Below, in pieces: positions 13,736 through 25,875 of a stretch of 64,000 nucleotides of DNA. The stretch spans positions 51,460,001-51,524,000 of the forward strand of contig NC_042997.1 of NCBI RefSeq assembly GCF_006345805.1, in the 5' to 3' direction. Made by a program: the position numbers and the translations under genes. Numbering within the stretch: position 1 is the stretch's first letter; each line of letters starts with the position of its first letter. A model generated the notes under the pieces. That model worked only from the letters and a program-made list of their open reading frames with translations. It did no database searches and was not told the origin of the DNA. The DNA is from Octopus sinensis. Lineage: Eukaryota.

Positions 13736-15659
13736 CTCCATTCTATTCTTACTCTAGTGATTACTTTTTCCACGTAGGTTGCTTTTGTTTAGTCTGTTTT
13801 TTGTTTGTTTTTCTTGAAAAATTTCTGCTAGAATGTATCTTATGTAACATGAAAAATCAATAAGAAAATCAATTTCATGTTATGGGATTTCATGTTGTGA
13901 CAAGCTCAATGCATGACTGCCATAACATGAGGGATTCCTATACCTGTAAAAGATCTAAACCTATTGTCCATAAACTGGTAGTTCAAAGTCTTATCCAGTT
14001 GCCCATTTTGCCACTATTTCAATTATTAGTAGGCCACCATAACACACTTTGCAGAATTGAATTTTGACAACACAGTGAAATACAAAGTCCAATGTTAATT
14101 TGTACAGGTATGTTGTGAGTAATACCATTCATTATTAAACTGAAACAGTCTAAAGTTCAGTCAGCTAAAAGTGTCAGTGCATTAAAAAAATCCAATTCAA
14201 TATATAATCCATATCCAGAAATGTAAAAGGAAATATGTATTATAAATTGTTGGTATCAATTACTTCCCATTTAAGAGTTTATTAAGGTAAGCTTATCTTT
14301 TTCTACAACAATGTAACCTATGAAAACTTCATGTGAGATATGGAATGCCAGAACATATGTCACTAGCTCAATGGTTTTAAAGTTGGCTTCCTAAAATCAG
14401 TCATATTATTGAAATACATAGAAGTGAATTGTGAAAGAGAAAATAAAAAAGAGAAATCAAGTAGATGAATAGAATGACAATATTAAAAAAATAAGAGTAA
14501 ATGAAAGTATTGTTAAATGTTAACTGTTGTCGTTTTACAAATTGTTTTATTTGGAAAGAGTCATTAATAAAGCCTTCAAATTTTGCAAATATTTATGTGA
14601 ATTAACAACTTAGGTTTTGTTTTCAATTTTCCACTCTTTCTGTTTCGGTTTACATGCATGAGTTTATCTGCAACTACTTCCATCCTATCTTTCCACAATG
14701 ACCTGAAACATTCAATTAACTTTATTCTCTCCTCCGGTTCTCTGTTTATTTCTTGCTCTCTTTTCATTTTAAAAATTAATATAAATCAAGTAAAATAGTA
14801 AGATTCAAAATTCATCAACATTCTGATTATGAGTCCTATCACCTGGAGTATTAACGAATACTTCATTTTTATACAATGTAAACTAGAGCTCATTGTACTT
14901 AGAAACTTCCAGGTTCTGCTAGTGATTGCCATGAGTAACATGAAAACTGTCAATAGTATTCTAAAATTTGATACTCGTTCACATCATACAACTTCATCTT
15001 GACTTATTTTTTATTTCATACTCTGGAAATCAATTCAGATCTTGCAAATATATCTCTCTATTACGGATAAACCAATACAATTTTTTACAGAAACATATTC
15101 AAAGTCATTGTAAAACTGAGAAGTAAACAATGAGCACAGAAACATCTGAGCAATTTGTTCTTTATGGATAATGAATATACAACCATCAAATTATGGATAT
15201 GATGAAAAGCAAACAATTCTGTTTAGCATTTGATAAAGCAGTCATGGGCAAATTGTGGCCCACAGGACTTTCTGAACAGCACACTTAAAGAAAATAAGAT
15301 TCAATATTCTTAGCCTGATTCAATATTTCAACCTGCCTGATGATGAAGCATAATCCATGTGGCTTGCTTTTCAAAAACAAGTTCCCATGCCTGTGATAAA
15401 AGTCTGTCTGTTGAACAGTAAGAAAGTTAGATGTCAGTGAATAATTTGTGAGCACTAAACAAAGAATCAGATTTAAGTCAATTAGAGAAATTTGTTGAAA
15501 TTGGGCCCCACTCCAAGAGAGGCTCCCAAATACATGCTCAAAAAAATGTTGTTGTGATGAATTTTTAGTATACATCAAATCCTTAATGCTTTTTGAATGG
15601 GACTAGTGTACTACACAATTCATAAAACATCAGTTTTCAACTTTTGTAGAGGAGGAGGT

Positions 15660-16620
15660 CTCATTGACAATTCTCTAATTGGGCCCTGCACTTCCTAGCA
15701 TCAACCTTGGCAGGACCTGGGAGGAGATTCATACAATGGGAGATGAAAGTAGGAGAGATAAGTTGGACAAGGCGGGCTTAGGTGTGCAACTATCTCCAAG
15801 AAGCAGAGCCAATTATATTAGTAATAAAAGAAGTTGAGTGAAGAGACATCACACCTGTGCATTAAAATATTGGAAAGTGTTGATGAATGAGTTCTTGCTA
15901 ATCAACAGGAGAGTTCTTTTTTTCTTTGTATTCTTGTCTAGCAACAGCCTCATTCCAGATGTCAGCATAGTTTTCTACTGTAAATCTCACTTGAGCACTG
16001 GTATGTATCCAAACATAATGAAAGATTTCTGTAGAGAGGGAGAGAGAAAGATTGAAGAGTTTCGCAAAGACAAGAGTTAGATCTGATGTTCTTCCTTGTA
16101 ATATTTTGGAGTATTTTCAGTTGAGTTGGAAGCAAAACAGTGCAATGATGACTAAAAGTCTCCTGGATAACTTAAAGTAACAGTATGTTTGGTAGGAGTG
16201 TTGTGTGAAGATAAATGTGAGGTGAATTGTCTTTATTAGGCAGTTGTTAAATGGTTGTTGAGTCAGAGATCACTGGGTAAAGGTTAACTTTGGCAGTAAG
16301 AAAGAAGTCAAGGGCATTTGCAGTGTTGATGTTTCGGAGTCATAATTCTTGATGACTTCAGAAAAAGGTGAGGTGCAAAAGATGGAAGATGAAAGATTGT
16401 CAAAGATGTGTTGGTAGCTAGAAGAGTTCAAAGAGAGTTAGAGGCAGTGGGTGAACATAGAGGAAAAAAAGAAGAGAAATCTTGACACAGAGTGAATGAA
16501 CTCTTTGTTGCTGATATTCAAGTAAGAAATGTGAGTAACAAGGTGAGTAATTTCTATGTATACATAGACATGACCTTCAGAGCAAAGTTAGAGTATAGAG
16601 TTAGCTAGGTAACAGAGATG
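15660..16620 (-). mobile_element. Highly decayed L2/Jockey-type LINE (RT to 3' end)
   Basis: Purine-rich + strand; minus strand resembles the relics at 8440 and 42540; no clean motif survives. Confidence 0.4.
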
Positions 16621-17274
16621 TGTTAAAGATAGTGGATAAAAGATGAGTAGGAGGACAAAAGTTCAGGTCTCTGGTCCTCCCTGTTTTCCTCTACTATTGT
16701 GAAACTAGACACTGTCCAGGGCCCTTAGGGGCCACTTGAACTCTTTTGATACCAGGATGCTTTGCAGGATTATGACGTATTGGCTAGAGTTCATCTCCAA
16801 CCAATGGCTAAACTCAGAAACTGGGATGTGTCTTGTTACTTGTATGATTTGGGAGTGTCAGCTCAGGCTGTTTGGTCATATTGCTCAATTTGAAAATCAT
16901 GGTTATGGTGGATGACGAAGGTTTTCACAGAGATGGGGACTGGAACATTACTCAGCAGGTTGCCTGGGACAACCCGAGCAAAAAAGTCTATGGTGTTAAT
17001 ATTTTTATGGGGTATCAGTCCAAGAAAGGTTATCTGCCTCTCGGTACTCAGAGCTCCCTTTATCCTATATTAGCTGTTTTCAATGTGGTGAGAGCAGAAT
17101 TTCTAGACAGATGGCTTTTGTTGCAGATGTAGAAGCCACATCTTGTTATGTATGATTCTCTAAGTGGAAATTGCAGGTTCACATAGCTATCAGAAAATGC
17201 ATTCTGAGAAAGTGAATAAGAGAGAGATGGGGTGAAACGGAGATAGGAAATAAGAAAATAACTTTAATATATAG

Positions 17275-17425
17275 GCACAGGCATGGCTATGTGGTAAGAA
17301 GTTTGCTTCCCAAATGCAGATTCACTCCCACTGTGTGGCACCATGAGCAAGTGTCTTCTACTATAGCATCGAGCTTACCGAAGCCTTGTGAGTGGATTTG
17401 ATAGACAGAAATTGAAAGAAGTTCA
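17275..17425 (+). mobile_element. tRNA-derived SINE family A, 5' head only
   Basis: ggcacaggcatggctatgtggtaagaag...gcaagtgtcttctactatagc...gccttgtgagtggatttg matches full copies at 27580, 45757 and 61583. Confidence 0.85.
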
Positions 17426-17447
17426 GCGTATATATCTATATCTATAT

Positions 17448-17544
17448 CATCATCATCATCGTTTAGCGTCCTCTTTCCATGCTAGCATGGGTTTGACAGT
17501 TCAACTGGGGTCTGGGAAGCCAGAAGGCTGCACCAGGCCCAGTC
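17448..17544 (-). mobile_element. RTE LINE extreme 3' end
   Basis: catcatcatcgtttagcgtcctctttccatgctagcatggg...ggctgcaccaggcccagtc is near-identical to 25195-25295. Confidence 0.9.
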
Positions 17545-18108
17545 GGAAAATCCTTTGTCTCTCTGTCTGTTCCCAATGCAAACGGCTCAACCAAATCAAA
17601 TCAAATTTTACATGGTAATACTATCAGACCACGTGAGTGTCAATGTGTAATTGTTTTGGATTAAAACAATGCAACATTGGCACCAGTTTCGTATTACATG
17701 TCAAAACTCAAAGAATAAAAGTGAAACAATAACATGTATATTGTAATGTAATATATTGTTTCACTTTTATACTTTTACTTTTAATTCTAACCACAACTAT
17801 GACGTCACTTTTTTGTGTATGACTGTGTATCTGTCTGTGAATGTATGTGTGTGAGTGTATGAATGTGTATATGTCTCACAATGTGTGTGCCTTTCCATAC
17901 TAGTTATGTATGTTATTAAACTCACAATATGTTTCACTTACATACTTTCACTTTTGATTCTAACCACCTCCTCATGTTGAGTGTATGGGTGTGTATATGT
18001 CTCACAGTGTGTGTGTGTCTTTCCCTGTTAGGTATGTTATTAAACACGCTATATGTATGTAATGGCTGGTCAGTGTCAATAGGTCGATAGGAAATTTAGT
18101 TTTCGACC
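17545..18108 (+). mobile_element. Non-autonomous Helentron/DINE-like element with internal tandem dimer
   Basis: ctgtctgtt...aacggctcaaccaaatc start; two diverged ~130-180 bp units (ttctaaccac...tgtgtatatgtctcaca...gttattaaac); ggtcga...tcgacc hairpin near 18081-18107. Confidence 0.45.
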
Positions 18109-18109
18109 A

Positions 18110-18541
18110 ATGACTAGTGACCGAGACCTTTGGAAATATGCTGTGCTTGAGAAGACTTGGCAAGCCAAGTTAGACCATAAACCATGGCCTATGCCAGGGG
18201 TGTAACCAGCCCACTTATGCATACCTTTCCTTCACTGGACACTAAACTCTGCTTGCGAAGACCTGTTGAGGCAAGTGAAATCAAAATCGAAATCAAATTC
18301 GTTGACTGGCATCCATGCTAGTGGAGCACTAAGAGCACCATCTGAGCGTGATCGCTGCAGAGCAGCTGACTGGCTTCCATGCCGGTGGCACGTAAAAAGC
18401 ACCATTCGAGCGTGATCGTTACCATCATCGCCTTACTGGCACATGAAAAAACATTCAAGCGAGGTCGTTGCCAGTGCTGCTGGACTGGCTCCTGTGCACG
18501 TGATGCATAAAAACACCATTTGCAGGTGACACATAAAAACA
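18110..18541 (+). mobile_element. RTE LINE ORF end and 3' UTR segment, inverted relative to its neighbours
   Basis: MTSDRDLWKYAVLEKTWQAK*, then gaagacctgttgaggcaagtgaaatcaaa and ggtggcacgtaaaaagcacc units, as in the + copy at 40230-40650. Confidence 0.9.
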
Positions 18542-19660
18542 CTTTTCCCTGGCATGAACCCAAACTCATCTCATCTAAATTGACTCTCTTCCTAATTAGT
18601 TGGGCTATGACCCTCTCCATGACCTTCATTACCTGATCCAACAACTTGATACCTCTGTAATTATTTGTATCTAAAGCATCACCTTTACCTTTGTAGTAGT
18701 TGATTATGGTGCTGCTACACCAGTCATTGGGTATGACTCCTTTGTGTATCACCTGGTTAACTATACGGGTGACTAGGCTATAGCCAACACTGCCAGATAT
18801 TTTGAGCATCTGTGCAGTGATTCCTGATGGGCCGGGGGGTTTCCCTGTCTTCTTACTCTTAATTGCTTTATCTACCAAGGTACTGTCATCTCAGATAGCT
18901 GGTCCCTCTGTTGGGTCGACATTCAGCAGACTCTCTTTCTCCCATTCATTTTCTTTATTGAGCAACCTTTCATAGTGCCGTCTCCAAACCTCTCTCTTTG
19001 CATCCTCATTTAGTGCAAGTGAACCATCATCCATGCGGACACATTTCTCTCCTACAACATCATGATTCTCTCTCACACACTGTCTTGAAGCATGAAATAC
19101 CTCAAGTCTTTGGTCCTCATGGCACAGAACATTGGCAAATGTTTTCTTATCTGCTTCACCTCTGGCTAAATAAACCTGTCTCCTAGATTCCCTTCTGGCA
19201 GTCTGATACAATTCCCTGCTACCACCGATCTTCCAGTCCTTCTAAGCCTGTTTCTTTTCTCTAATAGCCCTGTCAACAACATTGTTCCACCACCACATTA
19301 TTTTGGGTCGAGAGGGGACTTTCTACCATCTACAGATCTGGTCAGTGGCTCTCAGCAGGTTGTTCCGTAGAAAGCTCCAGTTGTCTTCTACATCGTGTGA
19401 AGCTATATCCCCTTCTATTTCATCAAAGGCTTCGAGTAATATGTCTCTAAATCTCTGTCCATTTGCAGGATCTTTAAGCTTCCAGACCCTTCTCCTCCAT
19501 TTAGGCTTGATCCTGAAGTTACTAACTACCAGTCTATGTTGTGGGGTACATTCTTCGCCTAGGAAGGTTTTGGCATTTATAAGCAGCCATCTTTCCCTTT
19601 TTCTGGTGAGGATATATATAAACTGTCCTAAAATTCTTCAAGGCTCTTGCATGGCCACAG
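18542..19660 (-). pseudogene. RTE LINE ORF fragment (APE endonuclease C-terminus to RT N-terminus)
   Basis: ORFs 18891-19211 and 18318-18878: PPGPSGITAQMLK, IPNDWCSSTIINYYKGKGDALDTNNYRGIKLL; QFIYILTRKR near 19600 resembles the EN xIDYIL motif. Confidence 0.92.
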
Positions 19661-19789
19661 TCTAATGACTGAAATAAGTAAAAGATATAGAAATAAATAA
19701 AACAAAGGCTAACTATATAGCAATGTATATAGATAGAGAAGATAAATCTCCCAGTGTGTATGTAGATAGAGAAGATAAATCTCCCACTG

Positions 19790-20080
19790 TGTCAAAAAGC
19801 AAGAGAAAAATGTCTTGGGAGAGACTGGAGAATTGAAAGTCAGGATAAGCTATACTCACAAAGCAGATTTTTGATACTTTGTTCATTTTAGTATTCAAAT
19901 AGATTATAAAAGAATTTAGGATCGAATGTCCATTGCAACATCTATAAACAGACAACATAAAAATCAATCCAGAAAGTGTAAAAGAAGTTGATGAGTTGAT
20001 ACTAAGCCTTGAGGTCAACAATACCAAGATATTAGTGGCATAAGTCCTGAAATTCACCTCAGCTATTGGACAACAATAAC
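19790..20080 (+). mobile_element. Possible very decayed LINE RT N-terminal fragment
   Basis: KINPESVKEV...DISGISPEI across a frameshift resembles the KAxGxDGISPE motif. Confidence 0.3.
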
Positions 20081-21435
20081 TCTATATTATATAGTTAGTG
20101 CAATTTATAAGTTCACAGACAATAATGCAGTGAAATGTCAAGTGAACAAATGTGTAACAGAAGCTTTAGTTTTCCCACATACACTTATATAATGAATAGA
20201 AAGAACAGTGAAACACAAAGTTGGATTTGCCAAACAGTTTGCTGGAAGTAGTTGATATGTTCTGTTTCCTGGTTGGCATTCTTTTAGTTAAGATTGGGAA
20301 GATTTCATAGTGTATTGTTTAGATGGTACAAAAGTTTGGAATATTTCATATCCATTTTTATATATGTTAACAATAGCATGCTATTTCAACTTTTCCATTC
20401 ATTTTCAAAGGTATTGTTTATTATTTTATGTTAGTATCAACAACAGCTTGCTGATTCAACTGTATGCTAAATGACTCAGAAAGTTTATTAAAATACCAAC
20501 ATTCTGCATCATCAACAGTGCACAATACCTACACTCAAACACTTAATTTACATTGGTTTATTCCAGCAAGCTTTAAAAACTTTTGATGTTGTAATCTTTG
20601 CTATGAACAGCTAAAATATTTTGTTTGGATGCTGTGCTGAGTTCAAATTAAATCATTGTCATAACTTGATGAGAATTTATTTAGCAAGGCTGATTTGTTC
20701 TAGCAAGACAGCATAATGGCAACATTATTGGTAATATTCCAATGATGAAATAGGTTATGTGTCTCATCATTACCATGTTAGAATTATGTATTTATCATCT
20801 TACCTTTTCATTAAGTCTGAAAGTTGGTTAGCAGTTAATGACACGTAGGTATGTAGATGAGATATTTTTACCTTGTTTAGTTTGTGGGTATATTGTATGG
20901 TTGATGTTTTCCCCCAGTTTGTAATTTGTTAAAACACAGAGCCTTAGTTTCAAAGATTTTCTTGTTTTTAAAATTATAAATTTGGAATATTGTTCTATCA
21001 TCTTATTTTTATATAATTGCATTTTGTTTAAAGAAGTGTATGCTTTGAACTTTGGTTCTGCCAATTTACATTATTATTACATTTGTAATTGTAATATGAG
21101 AATATAAATTACTTCATGTATTATATTTGTCGTTTAAGTGGTTTATTGTGTTGTCAGCTGGTCTCTGGTGGTGACTAGTAGAGTTGATAAATGAAATTGT
21201 GTTTCTTGGGTTGTGTGGAGAAGTATAGCCTGCAAACATCTAATAGATTTTATTATTGCACAAGTCAAACTGCACCAATCTTTTATGGATGACATCAGTA
21301 AGAATTACATACTGGGAGACATATATTGTTTACAACAAGCTACTGATATGGCAACATGTGGCTGGCCCAACGTAACTGGAAACAACTGTGCTATTTTTGT
21401 GACAATAGAGATTCTGATCATCTATCTGCCATCTA

Positions 21436-22685
21436 CAGGGCTTGGACAAAATAATGGAAACACCTTAAAATTTCAAACAAATTTATTTTAATATGGGGTA
21501 GGACTGCCTTTGGCAGTAATTACAGCTTGAATTTTATGAGATATGGACTTATACAAAATTTGAAATGTTTCCAAAGGAATTTTTATCCGTTCTTTAGCTA
21601 AAACAGTTTCCAGTTCTTGTAGTGATGATGGTGGGGGATATCAACTCCTTACTTGTTTTTCAAAAATGCACCATAAATATTCAATAATATTGAGATCTGG
21701 GAATTGTGGTGGCCAGAAAAGATGTTCAACTTCACCAAAATGTTCTTTGTGCCATTCAGTAACAACTTTAGCTGTGTGAATTGGTGCATTAACATCCTGA
21801 AAGATTGCGTTTTCCTCCGGAAGCAGTTCCGCAACCATAAGATGAATTTGATCAGATAAAATGCTTAAATAGTCTTGACTATTAATTCTGCCATGAAGGG
21901 AAACCATTGGGCCAGTGGATTTCCAAGATATAGACCCCACCCCAGATCATCACAGATCCTCCTCCATGTTTAACAGTTGGAAGAAGGCAGTCTGGGTCAA
22001 ATGCTTTTTTTAGCTGTCTCCACATGTATACTCAGCCAGTGGTCGGAAATAAGGTAAAGAATGACTTTTTCGAGAAAATAACATTCTTCCATTGCTCTAG
22101 GGACAAATTCTGTAGGTTTTAACTCCACTCTAAATGCTCTGCAACGTTTGATTTTGAAAGTAGTGGTTTTCTGCTTGCAGCCATACCATGAAATCCAGCT
22201 TTGTGAATCTCTCGATGAGCAGTTTTTGTGGAAACTGGGTTCTCAAGGTGGTCATGTATTTTTGTGATCCTTCTAACAATTTGCGCAAGAGTCCAATGGC
22301 CTCTATCTGAAAGTTTTGGTTTTCTTCCAGAGTTTTGTTTGGATGAGGAGGTTTTTCCTTCTTTCTCAAAGGCTGTCATTACTTTTGAGACAGTACTTCT
22401 TGATACACCAAACATTTTGGCTGTTTTTTTACACTAGTGCCTGCCATACGAGCACCAACAATTTGACCTCTTTGAAAGTCTGATAGATCTGTTATTTTAA
22501 TGAATTTTAATTACCTTTTCCTGATGATATCTGAAAAGTAACAGCAATTTTAGCAAAACATATTAAGCAACACTAATAATAAATCAAAAAAATATAAAAA
22601 TATACAAGCTTTTGATGGTTTTATAGATATTTCAAAATTATGATGCTATGATGCTAGATGTTTCTATTATTTTGCCCAACCCTTG
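21436..22685 (-). mobile_element. Full-length-size (~1.25 kb) Tc1-family DNA transposon with DD36E spacing (Incomer-like)
   Basis: Left TA|CAGGGCTTGGACAAAATAATGGAAACACC; right end reverse complement CAAGGGTTGGGCAAAATAATAGAAACATC, followed by CA (mutated TA); transposase on the minus strand. Confidence 0.92.
21641..22496 (-). pseudogene. Tc1 transposase pseudogene
   Basis: TDLSDFQRGQIVGARMAG...MFGVSRSTVSKVM (HTH), SGRKPKLSDR, AASRKPLLSK, FQDVNAPIH...WPPQFPDLNIIEYLW; frameshifts, an internal deletion and a mutated start codon. Confidence 0.92.
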
Positions 22686-23204
22686 CATCTTAACTATTTT
22701 CCTGGGTCATCTGTCTGTGGCAAGAATAGAGACACATCATGCAACTGTAAAGAGTATAGGCACCAAAAGCAGCTTTTTATAGGGCACAGGAAGAAGATTC
22801 CGAAAGATTGAATCATGCGACTGTGGTTCAATCATGATGTATAAACCAGTTACCTGGCAGTTTGGTTTCAAATCACTACTACAAACTATTTGAGCTTTAC
22901 TGCTATTTTAAAGCTATACTGTTCTTTTATGTTTGCTTTCATAGGTCTAGTCAATTCTGACTTGTTACTGAGATTCATGCATATAAATCTTTGTGTGGAA
23001 CCATTTTAAGGATGGTTTTAATTATGACCTGTTATGTATGAAATAGAGTTTTGTAGAAAAATATCTTTGTCTCTGTATGTCATAAAGTATTTGGTTAGAA
23101 ATGCTTAAAACAGCTTTTTTGGTTATGCTGTGCTCCTAATAAAGTATGTTTATAGTCATTCAACTATTGGTACCTATTCAGAGAGAATTAACAATAGGAT
23201 AGTT

Positions 23205-23285
23205 ATAGCTATAGCACAGCTGTAGCAATAGCACAGCCATAGCAATAGCACTTCTATAACAATAACACAGCTATTGCAATAGCTA
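23205..23285. repeat. Degenerate ~15-bp minisatellite
   Basis: ctatagcacagctgtagcaatagcacagccatagcaatagcac...ataacacagctattgcaatagc. Confidence 0.75.
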
Positions 23286-24903
23286 AAGATTAATAATGAG
23301 GAATTCTAAGTCCAAGCCTCTAACCGATCTATTCTGTTATGGTATTTTGTGGAGAGTCTCTTGTAGAAGTCTCACCATGCAGCTTAACAATACTGCCCAG
23401 TCCTTGTTCTTTATCTGAGTATATTCAGATCAGGTCACTGGTCTCACAATAAACCATGAGTCATGGTTTCTTTCTCCCTCTCCCCTAGTCTTGGGAATTT
23501 TGCAAAAACAGTCATGAGAACTGCTCCTTCTCCCATGACTAATTCACAGCAAAACAAAAAAATAATATCAGTGGTGCAAGATGTAAAAAGGTTGTTTAGA
23601 GGGGGAGGGGCAAGATGTGTAAAAAGTGGAATGGGAGTATTCAGTAGATGAATGCATGACTGATTAGTATGTCTTTCAGCTGTTAATGATTATATTAGTG
23701 AACATATCTTTGTAACTTTAAATTAATGAAATATCATTTCTATGAGTTATTGTTGAGACTTGATCATATATTCATTAAGAGTATATTTTTATACTTCTCT
23801 GTTGTGGGCATTTTGCTACATTTTCTTGTTTAGCCCCTCCAAGTCAGCTCTGATCAATTCCTTGGCAAAGGTATTGCAGCCAAGACTGTTCCCATCCCTT
23901 TCATAGCCATAATGTAGTGCACTATTCACACAATATACCACATATCCAATACATCCTTCTTTTCAAATGTGATAGATGCAATTTGAGAGGAATTTGGCTG
24001 CTATTTTCAGCAAGATAATCAACTATATTGAATCCTCCCTCCACCTTATTGATTATATTGTATACAGAGATATTTACTTATGGAGATGGCAGGTCTAAAG
24101 TAGAGCTATCTTTTGCTGGTATTTGTAATATTTTTGTTGTCTACCATGTGTTGACCCCAAAACCGATATGGAGTGCCTGTCTGTTCCTTTATATATGTTA
24201 TGGTTTGATTCAGTTTGCAATATGTTGTTTAAAAAAGGCTTTGGGTACAATCTTATGTTAACTGTATGGCTTTTGTCTGCTCTCCTTAAAGTAAAACTTT
24301 GGATTATTACTTGTTCTTTTATGACAATGTTTACCTCAACTTATATGCAAACGTACAGCATACAATAGAAATAATTCAAAGCAAATTAGGTAGCCTATAT
24401 AAGAATGGTTGCTTAAGAGAGACTGGCTGCTTGAAAAACATGTTTATGTTGTTGACCAAAGTTCCTAAAGTTCTATTTATTTTGTGAAATTTGTATAACA
24501 GAATGTCTGTTACAAATAAAATCAGAAATTCTCATGCAGGTAGTGACTGATATTTGAAATACAACACGTCTTTCTTAACTCCTTAAATACATTCTATTTT
24601 ACAAACACTAATCATGAAAGATTTTCTTCTTCTGTCTTCCTCACATACATCTCTTCTGTCTTCATTCACTATGTTTCATTTTCATAATCTATAGAACTAT
24701 TGACATATCCTTTAGCTTCCTTTATTGTTTTTGAGTTGATCCCGGTACCCTTTTTCAATCAGATCTATAATAATAAGGTGTGGTTGTAACTCACATTCTA
24801 ATACAAGGGTATGCCAAATGTTATGTATAGACTGAACAGACATTTTATTTGTGGCTACACTAGAAACAGTGAATATAAATACTGGTTGAGTAAAAATTTA
24901 GGC

Positions 24904-25119
24904 TTCACTCTTTAGCATTCAGATTATTCTGTCAAATGTAATGCTTATTCATATTGTTTTGTATTAATCACAAAATTATCTTTTAGCTTTTAAATTTTCA
25001 TGATGTGATGGTTTATTTTGAGAACAATATTGTAGAGTAGGTGTGAGAGGCCATACCTGGCCTAGGTTGAACATGAAACAGATGGAATATTTGAGCTGGT
25101 TTAAATGCTAAAGGTTTAA
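24904..25119. mobile_element. piggyBac-like MITE (~210 bp)
   Basis: ttca|ctctttagcatt ... aatgctaaaggt|ttaa is a decayed TTAA|CCCTTTAGCATT...AATGCTAAAGGG|TTAA terminal structure. Confidence 0.65.
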
Positions 25120-25143
25120 ACAATTTGTGTGGAATCTATTTTA

Positions 25144-25186
<43 letters not shown>

Positions 25187-25369
25187 ATATATATCATCAT
25201 CATCATCATCATCGTTTAACGTCCGCTTTCCATGCTAGCATGGGTTGGACGGTTCAACTGGGGTCTGGGGAGCCCGAAGGCTGCACCAGGCCAGTCAGAT
25301 CTGGCAGTGTTTCTACAGCTGGATGCCCTTCCTAACGCCAACCACTCCGAGAGTGTAGTGGGTGATTTT

Positions 25370-25700
25370 ATGTGCCACCGACACAGGTGCCAGACGAGGC
25401 TGGCAGACGGCCATGCTCGGATGGTGTTTTTATGTGCCACCGACACAGGTGCCAGACGAGGCTGGCAGACGGCCACGCTCGGATGGTGTTTTTATGTGCC
25501 ACCGACACAGGTGCCAGGCGAGGCTGGCAGACGGCCACGCTCGGATGGTGTTTTTATGTGCCACCGACACAGGTGCCAGACGAGGCTGGCAGACGGCCAC
25601 GCTCGGACGGTGTTTGTTACGTGCCCACAGCACGGAGGCCAGTCGATGCGGTACTGGCTACGGTCCCATTCGGATGGTTTTCTTATGTGCCACCGGCACT
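25370..25700. repeat. 62-bp tandem array in the RTE 3' UTR (4 near-identical and 2 degenerate units)
   Basis: Unit atgtgccaccgacacaggtgccagacgaggctggcagacggccacgctcggatggtgttttt starts at 25370, 25432, 25494 and 25556; degenerate units at ~25619 and ~25685. Confidence 0.97.
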
Positions 25701-25875
25701 GGTACCACAAGGATACAAATTCCATTGATGTTCATCTATTTTGATTTGGTTTGACTTGATTCGATTTGACTTTGATTTGATTTGCCTCAACAGGTCTTCA
25801 CAAGTGTCACAAGCAGGAAGGTATGCACAGGCGGACTGACTACGTCCCAGGTAGGGGCCATGGGTTATGGCTTCA

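Noticed and set aside
23463-23651. + strand exon after a strong pyrimidine tract (ctcccctag| at 23488)
   Set aside because: No convincing donor, and the tract is a (CT)-rich low-complexity run.
25370-25700. CRISPR-like array
   Set aside because: The whole 62-bp unit repeats with no unique spacers, it lies in a LINE 3' UTR of a eukaryotic genome, and there are no cas genes.
25216-25754. Overlapping ORFs on both strands (170, 130, 118 aa and others)
   Set aside because: By-products of the GC-rich tandem array; the same peptides recur in shifting frames.
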